The notes below the pieces were generated by a model that saw only the letters and a program-made list of their open reading frames with translations, had not been told where the DNA came from and ran no database searches. The translations under genes and the position numbers were made by a program. From contig OZ244621.1 in NCBI GenBank assembly GCA_965218425.1, forward strand, positions 4,224,001 through 4,288,000: 64,000 nucleotides of DNA, written 5' to 3'. The first letter of the stretch is position 1, and the number at the start of each line of letters is the position of its first letter. Shown here one piece after another: positions 43,217-52,795 of the stretch. This DNA comes from an uncultured Candidatus Binatia bacterium. GTDB taxonomy: Bacteria > Desulfobacterota > Binatia > UBA9968 > CAXXLF01.

Positions 43217-44362
43217 TCACCTCTTCCACACTTTATTGATAAGCTTTAAAACCGGACGATCATTTCTGTGTTCGGGTGCATCCATGTCGAAAAACTTAGC
43301 ATTCTTCGATCGGCGAAAATCCGAAGGAACCATGTCTTTGGGAATATCTATTCTACGCGAGTCAGCACCTTCCGCTTGTTTAGAAGAAATGTTTTGTACT
43401 GCTAGCTGGCCCTCCCGCGACAGGAACCAGTTAACAAAGAGCTTCACCGCATTGGAATGAGGAGCCCTGTTAACCACTGCAATATGAGCCGGCCCGCCAC
43501 TGATGGCCACAGCCTCTTTAAAGTGCCCGGGACGAAACCAATTCACCGGCAGTCCTTGGGCCTTTGCCACATTCAATGTCGACGAATGCACGGCAGTCCG
43601 AAGCGCAATGGCGTATTTTCCCCTAGCCAACCAATCGGTGATCTGGCGACGGTCGCGGCTTGCGGCAATCTCCATTTCAGTGAAGAGCCGTTTCAAGTAA
43701 CGAGGTCCCAGCTCCGGATTATAATAAAAGTAGCTCAACAGGCGTGAGCCGCGGGCGCGGGGAGAGTAAGTGACAATCTTTCCCTTCCACTTTGGATCGA
43801 GGATATCCCAATAAGACTTTATCTGATCCGGGTTCACCAGTTTCGTATTGTATGATACGTCCACGCCGGGGTTTGAGGCATACTTGAAAAGATATTTCCC
43901 CTGCTTGTCGGCAAAGTAGTGTCTCCCTTCAAACCATTTCGACTTATCCAAAACTTCAGGGAGCACCATATAGGGTTCTAGAGGGTCAAGGGCGCCTGCT
44001 CTGGCCAACCTGCCACCCGACCCCGCTCCTAGATGCACCAGGTCCGCGATGTAAACCCTAGCCCTTCGTTCGGCCATTAATCGTTGATGGGCTGCGCTAC
44101 CCCCGCGGGTCAACATTCGAACGGCCTTTATTTCCGGAAATTTCTTCCGAAACTCACCAAAATAAGCTTCAGCGGAATTGCCGGAGTGGTAAACAAGCTT
44201 CCCTTCTTTCTTGGCTGCCTGGATGGTCATCTCCCAATCTTTTTGCCAATTCCCGCTTTGCCCCAGAGTTTGGGCCGGCGAACCGATGACCAGAAACAAA
44301 CCTAATAATATTGCCGTGAAAAACATCCAGCTACTGTGGTTAATGAACTCCTTCATAAACAC
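43217..44362 (-). CDS. ABC transporter solute-binding protein
   Basis: Signal peptide and RAPHSNAVKLFVNWFLSREGQ. Confidence 0.87.
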   Translation of the reverse strand: MFMKEFINHSSWMFFTAILLGLFLVIGSPAQTLGQSGNWQKDWEMTIQAAKKEGKLVYHSGNSAEAYFGEFRKKFPEIKAVRMLTRGGSAAHQRLMAERRARVYIADLVHLGAGSGGRLARAGALDPLEPYMVLPEVLDKSKWFEGRHYFADKQGKYLFKYASNPGVDVSYNTKLVNPDQIKSYWDILDPKWKGKIVTYSPRARGSRLLSYFYYNPELGPRYLKRLFTEMEIAASRDRRQITDWLARGKYAIALRTAVHSSTLNVAKAQGLPVNWFRPGHFKEAVAISGGPAHIAVVNRAPHSNAVKLFVNWFLSREGQLAVQNISSKQAEGADSRRIDIPKDMVPSDFRRSKNAKFFDMDAPEHRNDRPVLKLINKVWKR

Positions 44363-44630
44363 TCCTTTCTTTCACTTTCACTGTGATCTGATTCGATATG
44401 TTTTTAACAGGCTGGCTGCCTCCATCGCCAGGTAAGTGGGATAACCGCACTTGGGTCAGAAGCTTCGGACCGCAGGATTCAATGATATCAGGCGTGTGCC
44501 GTGGTGTGTGTTTACTCGATTTCCCCCGGGCAGTCAAATCACATTTTTTAATACGCTACTTGACGGGCCTGAGGGGTAGTGTTATGGGATTGGCATTATT
44601 GACTGAGTTGCCGTTCATTAGCTGAGGAGG

Positions 44631-45605
44631 GTGCCACTTTTGACTGCCCAGTTATCATCCAATGTCGTCTTCCAGGGCGTCAAGATCGGAGTCGGATGGG
44701 CTGGTTCGTACAGGATGACGCAGGTTTTTGCACGCGCCGTCCAAGGTGCCGCTCCCGTTGCCATCATCGCTCCCGCCCTCAACCGCCTGGATTGGGTGTG
44801 CGGCGGAGAACTGGACCTGGGGTGGGTGTTCCCGGCGGTTCGGGCAAAGTGGGCGCACGAAGGAATGCGATCCTGGGAAGGAAAACCGTTGACTAATCTC
44901 CGTTCCGTTGCGCGGTTTCCCAGAATCGATCGGCAGTTGTTTGCTCTGGCTCCCTGGTGCCCCGTCAAGGACCTTGCACAGATCGGCCGGGAGAAGCGCG
45001 CGGTCAGATTGTGCCTCCGCACGGATGAGTTCTACGAGCATGAGAATGCGATCTTGCAGCAGTACGGCTGCTCGCTGGCGGACATCGAAACCTGGGGAGG
45101 CCGATGGTGGCGCGTGGGTGTAGGCTCGACGGCACTCGATGAAGAGATCAAGAACCGGGACGTGGATCTGGTCATCGGCCATGCCTCCACAGAAGGGGTC
45201 TGGCAAACCGTGGCTGCCAAAGGGTTTCGATTCGTAGGGCTGGACGAGCACGTGACGGCAGGCTTAGCGAAAGAGGGTTATTCGCGCAACACCATTCCCG
45301 CAGGGTTCCTGCCGGGTATCCAGGAGCCGTTACTGACCATCGATCTATCGGATAACCTCCTGATCACCCGCGCAGAAGTAGACGACGGCATTATCTATAC
45401 CATTGCCAAGAGCATCGACCGAAACAGAAAGCGCATTGAGGAAGCCTCCATCAGCGTGAGCTATACCTATAACCGACAACTGCCCTTACCTTTTATTACC
45501 TACTCGTCGACACTGACTGAGCCGATCACGGATCAATGGGAGACGAAGATTCCACTCCATCCTGGTGCCCAGCGCTATTATAAAGAGGCGGGCCACCTGA
45601 CTTGA
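44631..45605 (+). CDS. TAXI-family TRAP solute-receptor-like protein, no evident signal peptide
   Basis: LRSVARFP, TIPAGFLPG and C-terminal IPLHPGAQRYYKEAG TAXI-type signature. Confidence 0.7.
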   Translation: MPLLTAQLSSNVVFQGVKIGVGWAGSYRMTQVFARAVQGAAPVAIIAPALNRLDWVCGGELDLGWVFPAVRAKWAHEGMRSWEGKPLTNLRSVARFPRIDRQLFALAPWCPVKDLAQIGREKRAVRLCLRTDEFYEHENAILQQYGCSLADIETWGGRWWRVGVGSTALDEEIKNRDVDLVIGHASTEGVWQTVAAKGFRFVGLDEHVTAGLAKEGYSRNTIPAGFLPGIQEPLLTIDLSDNLLITRAEVDDGIIYTIAKSIDRNRKRIEEASISVSYTYNRQLPLPFITYSSTLTEPITDQWETKIPLHPGAQRYYKEAGHLT

Positions 45606-45673
45606 ATAGGGCATGAAGTATTGTACTAGGCCGACGGCTCGAACCATATGAAAGCGAACCGAAGGATAAGACC

Positions 45674-47047
45674 ATGGCGCACCTGATCAAAGAGCCCTTC
45701 AGCGGCTATTACCATAGAGAGATCCCTGAGCATGACCGGGAGCTGACCGAAGTGGGGCCCGGAACACCCTGCGGAGAGTATCTGCGCCGCTTCTGGCACC
45801 CGGTGGGGCTGACCTCGGGACTAAAAGACCTGCCCAAGCGCATTCGGGTGATGGGTGAGGACCTCGTACTGTTCCGCGACGGTCGCGGTAAAATCGGACT
45901 TCTTGAACTCCACTGCCCCCACCGCGGCACGTCACTGGAGTATGGGATGGTGGCGGGGTGCGGAATTCGTTGCTGCTATCATGGTTGGCTTATGGACGTG
46001 GATGGCCGGGTGTTGGAGACGCCGGGGGAACCTCCCGAGAGCACATTCAAGGACCGTTTTTTCCATGGGGCCTATCCCACAATCGAGTACAAGGGGCTGA
46101 TCTTCGCCTACATGGGACCGCCGGAGCATCGTCCCGAATTTCCCATCTACGATTCATTCCAACTACCGGGCTACCGGATGGTGCCCGGCGGAGAAACCGA
46201 AGAGAAATACATCTATGACTGCAACTGGCTTCAGTTGGCCGAGAATAACGCTGACCAGGTGCACTTCGTTTTTCTCCACGACCCGGAGGAGGCCCGCGTA
46301 AAGCTAGATCGTCACCGTCCGAGCATTACCGGCGGGCCTTTAGAGGATTACTTCCAAGTCGGGCTCAAAAACTTTGAGGCTGATCTCACGGCCATTCGGG
46401 AGGACTTTCAGTCAAGGGTGATAGAGTGGCAGGAAAGCCCCCTCGGGGTGATTAGTATCCACACCCGGCGGGTGGGTGATTTAGTTTGGGTACGCCTGGG
46501 GGACTACATCATGCCCAACGTCGACCAGTTTGCCCCCAGCCGCTTTCGGCCCACAGGAGAGCTGGAATTCGGGCCGCTGTACATGACGGCCTGGACGGTT
46601 CCCGTTGATGACACCCACACCGTCGGGTACCAGTTCCGATATGCTTTGGAAAACACAGAGCAGCGGTCTGTGTCGCACCCGCTGAGAAGCTCGCAGTCCA
46701 TTAATCGAACCTATGAAGAACGCCAGCGCCAGCCGGGGGACTTCGAGGCGCAAGAGAGCCAGCGCCCCATCGCCGTCCACGCACTGGAACACCTGGGTGC
46801 CACGGACCGGGGTGTTACCCTCGTCCGGAAATTGCTCAGAGAAGGAATCCGCGCGTTGCAGAGAGGCGAAGACCCCAAGCGAGCGGCCTCACATAATGGA
46901 AAGGCGATCTCGACCTATTGCAGAAACACCGTGCTTCGGATGCCGCCGGCGGATACCCCCGAGGCCGACAGAGAGTTGCTCCGCCACACGGGCCGTAAAG
47001 TCGCAGCCGCTCTGCTCTCGGGGCGACCTGTTTCTACCGCGGACTAA
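45674..47047 (+). CDS. Rieske non-heme iron oxygenase alpha subunit
   Basis: CPHR...CCYHGW, ENNADQVHFVFLH and GDFEAQESQ motifs. Confidence 0.9.
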   Translation: MAHLIKEPFSGYYHREIPEHDRELTEVGPGTPCGEYLRRFWHPVGLTSGLKDLPKRIRVMGEDLVLFRDGRGKIGLLELHCPHRGTSLEYGMVAGCGIRCCYHGWLMDVDGRVLETPGEPPESTFKDRFFHGAYPTIEYKGLIFAYMGPPEHRPEFPIYDSFQLPGYRMVPGGETEEKYIYDCNWLQLAENNADQVHFVFLHDPEEARVKLDRHRPSITGGPLEDYFQVGLKNFEADLTAIREDFQSRVIEWQESPLGVISIHTRRVGDLVWVRLGDYIMPNVDQFAPSRFRPTGELEFGPLYMTAWTVPVDDTHTVGYQFRYALENTEQRSVSHPLRSSQSINRTYEERQRQPGDFEAQESQRPIAVHALEHLGATDRGVTLVRKLLREGIRALQRGEDPKRAASHNGKAISTYCRNTVLRMPPADTPEADRELLRHTGRKVAAALLSGRPVSTAD

Positions 47048-47078
47048 TTTCCGGACGCTATCCTGTCCTTGTTTTTTA

Positions 47079-48263
47079 TTATTCCGTTTTCATTCCGTCG
47101 CTTGGATCGCTTATCCGCGCATTTTTCTCGAAATATTTACGTAGACCAACGATGGAGCTGTCAGGCCTAAATAGCTGCTCCGGCGCCGAATAGTCCAAGT
47201 GTTCCACAATCCACTTGTCTTGTCCCTCGTTGAACCATTTGTGGAACACCCAGCGATGCCAAAGCCAATATTGGAGCCGAAACGCCAGCCCTTTTAGCCC
47301 ATGAAACCGTCCGGCCAACATCTGAAAGTTGCGAGTGTGTTTTGCATCGATGGGGACGGACCACCGGATATGGGTATAGTAGGTATAGTGGTTCACGATA
47401 ACGCATGGAAGGCGGAAGGCTTGAATCATAGGTTTGCCCTTAGGGTCGAATTTTTTACGAGCTCTAGCCAGGGCTTTTCGCAACCAGCTGTGACGCGGCC
47501 AGAGGCCGAAGCCCGGATAATTTGCCTCAAACCCTATAGGACCCCGTCGCCGCTGAATCAGATATTTACCTTGTACCTCACTATCTACCTTCCCTGCCCA
47601 GGCCGGCGGCAGGTTAAACTGAGATTGCCACCGAAAACTATACCTGTGGACGTACGTGGCGTGGGACGCGTCGTACCCGTTTTCAACCGCAGCTCGCCAA
47701 TCACTCTTCCAGACGGAGGTGACGGACTCAAAAACGTATTCCGGTTTCAACACTTCTTCCGGAATGTCTTCCTCGAGTGCCGGCGGGTTGCCGTCTCCCA
47801 TGTACACGTAGATGACTCGATTTCGCTCCTCCACCGGGTAGCTGCGAACCCCCTTTCCTTTCTTGCCCACAACTGTCGACTCAGGCCCGTCCGTTAGAGC
47901 CGCAATCAGCTCCCCGTCGCGCAAGTTGTACGTCCACCCATGATAGGGACAGGTTAACGTGCCTTCTGACCAGCACTTGCCTTCGGATAATGGCATGCCC
48001 CGGTGCGCACATCGATCAAAGAGCGCATAGGGCCGTTTGTTGACTCGCACAAATACCAGTTTCTCGCCAAGCAGCATTTGAGATTTAGGTTTCTTCCCTA
48101 GCTGCCTGGATAGGAGAGCAGGATACCAGTAGTGGCGAAACCCCAATTCTGCCGCTTCATAGCGAGGGCCCTTCGTGCTTCTCAGCTGGTGGTCATGCTC
48201 GGTTACATCATATTCTGATTCCGTGGCGACCTTTTCAGGCATTCGACGCATTGTTTTAGCCAT
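47079..48263 (-). CDS. Rieske oxygenase alpha subunit, carbazole 1,9a-dioxygenase/2-oxoquinoline monooxygenase-like
   Basis: LGFRHYWYPALLS, CAHRG...TCPYHGWTY, ENGYDASHATYVH and EQLFRPD. Start MAKT follows GGAGG. Confidence 0.82.
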   Translation of the reverse strand: MAKTMRRMPEKVATESEYDVTEHDHQLRSTKGPRYEAAELGFRHYWYPALLSRQLGKKPKSQMLLGEKLVFVRVNKRPYALFDRCAHRGMPLSEGKCWSEGTLTCPYHGWTYNLRDGELIAALTDGPESTVVGKKGKGVRSYPVEERNRVIYVYMGDGNPPALEEDIPEEVLKPEYVFESVTSVWKSDWRAAVENGYDASHATYVHRYSFRWQSQFNLPPAWAGKVDSEVQGKYLIQRRRGPIGFEANYPGFGLWPRHSWLRKALARARKKFDPKGKPMIQAFRLPCVIVNHYTYYTHIRWSVPIDAKHTRNFQMLAGRFHGLKGLAFRLQYWLWHRWVFHKWFNEGQDKWIVEHLDYSAPEQLFRPDSSIVGLRKYFEKNARISDPSDGMKTE

Positions 48264-48364
48264 CTTACCAACCCTCCATGGGGGAATTACCTCAATTTCG
48301 ACCCTGATGACAACTGCTCGATCACTATGACATGGCCAATTCGCACCTCTGACCCGGGTGACAC

Positions 48365-49327
48365 TCAGGCCAGATAGCCGCGGTCGCGCCAAAAGCGTTC
48401 GGCGGCAGGATGAAGCGGAATAACCAACGGCGTATCGGGCGTGTTGCGGCACATGCGTTCAAGGGGAAGCGGGCCTTCGCCTTGCCAGGGGATCCGATCC
48501 CTGCGGGCCACCAGTGCCCGGCAGAAAGCCCTGATGAGATCGTCGGGCGAGTCCGCATGGGTGAAAACGGCCCATCCGCTGAAGTCCAGGCTCACGACGT
48601 CGGCCGGCAATTTCGGGTAGTCGGCCTTGGGGATGACCCCGCGCCGAAAGCCTACCTTTTCCAACTTGGCCAGGAGCGGCCCACCAAGCGACAACGGCCG
48701 TATTCCATGATCAAGCGCCTTGTAGGCCCAGCGGTTGATCGCCTCGTCAAAGACGGCGTCGACTTCCCCTCGCTCTATGGCGCCGAGGCGCTCAGAGGCC
48801 TGGGGAATGGAGGCGTCGTAGCGGATCTCGCCACCCCAAGATTTAATATTCTCCAGCGAGAAACCCGCGGCATTCAACGTGTGCTTGATAAAGAAGTGGG
48901 TGGAATGGCCTTGCTGTTTTCTAAGCGACACGCGAAGCGGCACCCGCCTCTCGCGGATCTCTTCAAGGGACGTGACACCCGTGCGCTCGGAGACCGCGAA
49001 ACCGATCTGATCCTCCGAGGGGATCACCGTGACGATTCTGAGGGGTAACGGCTTGTTAAACGGTCCCGTGCCACGATAGGCCATTGTCAGGGGATCCACC
49101 GGGTTCATGATTGCGATCTGGACCTTTCCCGACACGACTTCGTCTATCACCGTCGGGTCATCGCTGGCGAAGAGAGTCAACGGCCAGCCGGCGGTTCCCT
49201 GGGACCGCAGGCTCACCGTGGCCTGCCGCTGCACCCAATCCTTCTCACCCACCAATTCCGAGGCCACCTCCAGCATCAGGCGCGACCGCGTCGTCGCAGG
49301 CACGGCAAATTGTCCATGATCGATCAT
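48365..49327 (-). CDS. TAXI-family TRAP solute-receptor-like protein, no evident signal peptide
   Basis: PLRIVTVIPS, IPKADYPKL and IPLHPAAERFWRDRG motifs. Confidence 0.7.
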   Translation of the reverse strand: MIDHGQFAVPATTRSRLMLEVASELVGEKDWVQRQATVSLRSQGTAGWPLTLFASDDPTVIDEVVSGKVQIAIMNPVDPLTMAYRGTGPFNKPLPLRIVTVIPSEDQIGFAVSERTGVTSLEEIRERRVPLRVSLRKQQGHSTHFFIKHTLNAAGFSLENIKSWGGEIRYDASIPQASERLGAIERGEVDAVFDEAINRWAYKALDHGIRPLSLGGPLLAKLEKVGFRRGVIPKADYPKLPADVVSLDFSGWAVFTHADSPDDLIRAFCRALVARRDRIPWQGEGPLPLERMCRNTPDTPLVIPLHPAAERFWRDRGYLA

Positions 49328-49447
49328 CCCATGACCCCTTCAACTCCACCTCTTGTGGTCCGAGTGCCTTTAGATGCGGTATTCACAGCCGGGATTTAAT
49401 CTAAATCAAAGACCTCCGACCCCTTTCCCCCTGCTCCTTTTATTTGG

Positions 49448-50698
49448 TCATCGAGGACCGGGTCTTGCGGAACCGACGGGCACTTCAAATTCTTCATGCC
49501 GGTGGTCAATTACCTCATCCAGTGACCGCCGCGGGCCCTCATACGCGTTGGCCGTGGCGCCGGTCCGGGTCTCTCGAGGCGGCGTCCATGCTTCCAGGTC
49601 GATGGAGACGTTGTCCTTGGCATCCCAAACCAGAGCCATGGGGTCGCCGCCCTTTTCTACGATCCGAATTTGATCTCGAAGCATCTCGCGAAACATGAGA
49701 ATCCCCCGGTCCGACGCGCCAAGGTGTTCTCCGGACCGATCGTAAAGACGTCCCTGGGTTTCCCAAGCCATCCCGTCCTGGGAGGAAAAGTTGCGCAGGT
49801 GATAGTCGCCTTTCTCGTCCATCCAGGACTTCTCGTAATCCACCGACGGCTCGTCCGGCTGTTCCACCCGGCTCCCGTCGGGAGACGCTTTAAATCCCAC
49901 GTGAAAGATCGTCGTGCTGTAATCGTCGATGGGAACCCGCCAATGGAGCGTGCTCAGGGTGTCCGTTTGGCGCAGCATGTTGGGGAAAAGGGCAAAGTTA
50001 CCCCATCCCCGGCCGGCCTTTTCTCCTTCGAACTCCCAGGTTTTGATAATTCCCCCGGGACAGGGTTGGAAACCGTAGCGCGAAAACGGACGCGTGTAAA
50101 AACTCACGTCCTCCGACACCCCCTGCCGCTTGATCATGTGACCGTGCAGGAAAACGGTATGGACAAAATCTGCGGTATTTTCCTCCGCCTGAAGCCAATT
50201 GCAGTTGAGCAGGGGGCGGATCTGCAGTTTTCGCACGCCATGGCCCCACACGAGAATGTCCCAACGAGGGAGCAGGGGTTTTTTATCCGGGGGCCCCAGG
50301 TACGCGAACAATAAGCCGGCCAGTTTTTCCACGGGATACGCCGTGTGACGGATGCTCTGTTTGAAGCGGGGATTCGGCTCGAAGGGCTGCTCGATACACC
50401 TCCCCTCCTTGTCGTACATCCACCCGTGGTACGCGCACCGGATACAGCCATCCTCCACGAAGCCGTAATACAAGGACGTCCCCCTGTGCGAGCAGTGTTC
50501 CGCTACCAATCCAAAGCCCCCCTTGCCGTCTCTGTACAGGATCAGTTCCTCTCCCAAGATCTTCACCCGCTTCTTGGGTCTATCCTCCGTCAGCTCGCTG
50601 GCCGCCGCCACCGGATGCCAATAGCGCCGGAACAGATTTCCGCACGCCGTCCCGGGACCCACATGGGTCAGTAACTCGTTTTCTTCCCTGGTAAGCAT
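49448..50698 (-). CDS. Rieske non-heme iron oxygenase alpha subunit
   Basis: CSHR...CAYHGW, ENTADFVHTVFLH and QDGMAWETQG motifs. Confidence 0.9.
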   Translation of the reverse strand: MLTREENELLTHVGPGTACGNLFRRYWHPVAAASELTEDRPKKRVKILGEELILYRDGKGGFGLVAEHCSHRGTSLYYGFVEDGCIRCAYHGWMYDKEGRCIEQPFEPNPRFKQSIRHTAYPVEKLAGLLFAYLGPPDKKPLLPRWDILVWGHGVRKLQIRPLLNCNWLQAEENTADFVHTVFLHGHMIKRQGVSEDVSFYTRPFSRYGFQPCPGGIIKTWEFEGEKAGRGWGNFALFPNMLRQTDTLSTLHWRVPIDDYSTTIFHVGFKASPDGSRVEQPDEPSVDYEKSWMDEKGDYHLRNFSSQDGMAWETQGRLYDRSGEHLGASDRGILMFREMLRDQIRIVEKGGDPMALVWDAKDNVSIDLEAWTPPRETRTGATANAYEGPRRSLDEVIDHRHEEFEVPVGSARPGPR

Positions 50699-50808
50699 AA
50701 GCTGCTCTCCGTGTTAAAGCTCATTAACCCCGAGACACTATACTATTGAGGTGGAACCCAATGTCAAGATCATGATTTGATCCGGCTCACGAGGCCCCAT
50801 TGGTCGAA

Positions 50809-50925
50809 TGGCTTTAAGGAAGTTTTTTTGCGCATGAAAAATATGAAGGAAGGCTAATTAAAAAATGCGGGAACCGGCCGAATCAAATCGTACCATCGGT
50901 TTCCATTGATGAACGTCAACCGACG
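50809..50925. repeat. Intergenic element of about 115 bp, copy 1 (second copy at 54080-54195)
   Basis: Shared blocks TTTAAGGA, TGAAAAATATGAAGG, GAACCGGC.GAATCAAATCG, ATCGGTT and TGATG.ACGTC.ACC at equal spacing. Confidence 0.75.
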
Positions 50926-50985
50926 ATCACAGGCCCCTTTGTGACTCCTCTGCCTTCGTGCTCCCAAGGCCTCATCAAGGGAATC

Positions 50986-52725
50986 TCAGTATCTCCTTTC
51001 ACGGATGCCCAACCGCAGTCCGAAGGCCCTCGCCGTCACCGCCATACCAACGGCCATGAACAGGGTAATCAAGCTCACGATTCCCGCCGCTTCACGCATG
51101 CCGACTCCAGGTGCCGCAAACTCCAACGCCAGGATGGACAGCGTCCTTGTGCCGCGTGGCGCCAGCAGGATGATGCTGCTCGTCGTCGTCGCGGCATACA
51201 TGAAGTTCATCACCGCCAGTAGTACCAGGGTGGGCATCATCAGACGGAGCCAGATCTTAAAATACGTAGTCCACCATCCCGCCCCGGATACTCTGGCTTG
51301 TTCTTCCAGGTCCGCCCCCATCTGGAGATAGAAGGCCTTTGAGATCTGCACACCGGTGGTGTTGCCCTGGATGATCACGACGATGATCAGGGGGATCAGC
51401 GTCCCGTAGAGAGGGCGGAGGAAAGGCGTCCCCACGAACATCCACAGCAGACCGAGTCCTGCAAGCATGCCGGGGATGACCGCCGAGATCCAAATCAGGC
51501 CGTCAAGCGCTCCACGGGCAATCCACTTCGTCCGCACGATGATGTAGGCCAGCATGGAAAACAACAACGGGCTGACTATCGCGGCTGTTGTGGCTAGCCA
51601 CAGGGTATTCTTGAGTGAATTTAAGAAAACCGGGTCAGTCAGCACGAGCCGCCAGTGGTCCAATGTGTAGGTCGGCGTCAGGATGAAAATCCCTGCTCGA
51701 CGCATGAAGCTGCCAAGGAGCAGGCTAAGGACCGGCGCGACAATTAGCAGCGCCAGCACCAACAAGATCGCGCCGAAGATCACCCCTGTCCAGGGACCCA
51801 GGTTGACTCGGCCGGGCTTGAAGCTCCCGGTCACCGTGGTGTATTGCCTCCTGGTAAGGAGCCATCGCTGCAACGGGATGATGAACGCCACCAGCGCCAG
51901 CGTAATGCTGCCGAGGGCGGTCGCCGCCCCGTATTGAGGCGGTGAGTCGCGAGCCAGCTCGAAGAGCTTTGTTGAATAGACAAAGAACCCAAATGGAACG
52001 CCCAGTAGCTGCTCCGTCTCAAAGGACTCGAACATTCGTACCACACGCAACGCGAAGACCACCACCATCGGCGGTATCATGACCGGCAGCGTTACTCGCA
52101 GCATCGTCCGAAAGTTCGATGAGCCCGAGACGCGGCTCGCTTCTTCCAAACTCACGTCCATGTTCCGAAAGGCGGGGGTGAGCAGGATCACGCCTGATGG
52201 AACCGTGCTTCCCACAATGTGAACCCAAATGATGCCTGGGACGCTGAAGATGTTGAAAGGGCCGCTGTCAACGAAAGGAAGCCAGGTGATGGCCCGGTTG
52301 AGGAACCCAAGGACAGGATCCATGAGGAGCATCCAACCGATGGTGATGGAGATGGAAGGAACGAGGTATGCCACCCAGAAGAGGAACTCGAGGCCGTAAG
52401 TGAAGGGCATGCGCACTCGCGCGAGGGACCATGCGATGGCGATGGCTATGGGAAAACCGATAACCAATTGCAGGCCGAAGATGAGAAAGGTGTTGCCCAC
52501 CGCTGTGAATAGCTCGGGCTGGCTAAATGCATTGCGCCAATTGTCCAAGCCATAGACGGGATTTGCCAGAAGGCTATTGGTGATGTTGAAGCTGTTCAAC
52601 CCGATCAAGAAGATGGGATACAAAAAATAGAAGCCCAAGGTCAGCAGTATCACCACCATGACAAACGTGCCGGGTGACGGCACGCGGACCACGGCAGGGA
52701 GTTGTTCCCAAGTTCGGGATTGCAT
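50986..52725 (-). CDS. ABC transporter permease (FbpB-like)
   Basis: Two EAA loops (LEEASRVSG, LEEQARVSG). Confidence 0.9.
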   Translation of the reverse strand: MQSRTWEQLPAVVRVPSPGTFVMVVILLTLGFYFLYPIFLIGLNSFNITNSLLANPVYGLDNWRNAFSQPELFTAVGNTFLIFGLQLVIGFPIAIAIAWSLARVRMPFTYGLEFLFWVAYLVPSISITIGWMLLMDPVLGFLNRAITWLPFVDSGPFNIFSVPGIIWVHIVGSTVPSGVILLTPAFRNMDVSLEEASRVSGSSNFRTMLRVTLPVMIPPMVVVFALRVVRMFESFETEQLLGVPFGFFVYSTKLFELARDSPPQYGAATALGSITLALVAFIIPLQRWLLTRRQYTTVTGSFKPGRVNLGPWTGVIFGAILLVLALLIVAPVLSLLLGSFMRRAGIFILTPTYTLDHWRLVLTDPVFLNSLKNTLWLATTAAIVSPLLFSMLAYIIVRTKWIARGALDGLIWISAVIPGMLAGLGLLWMFVGTPFLRPLYGTLIPLIIVVIIQGNTTGVQISKAFYLQMGADLEEQARVSGAGWWTTYFKIWLRLMMPTLVLLAVMNFMYAATTTSSIILLAPRGTRTLSILALEFAAPGVGMREAAGIVSLITLFMAVGMAVTARAFGLRLGIRERRY

Positions 52726-52795
52726 GGGCGATGGCCTCCGCTAGGAACCCCTTACGGCACGGTTAATAACCTTGACCCGATCGTTCCTTACGTCG

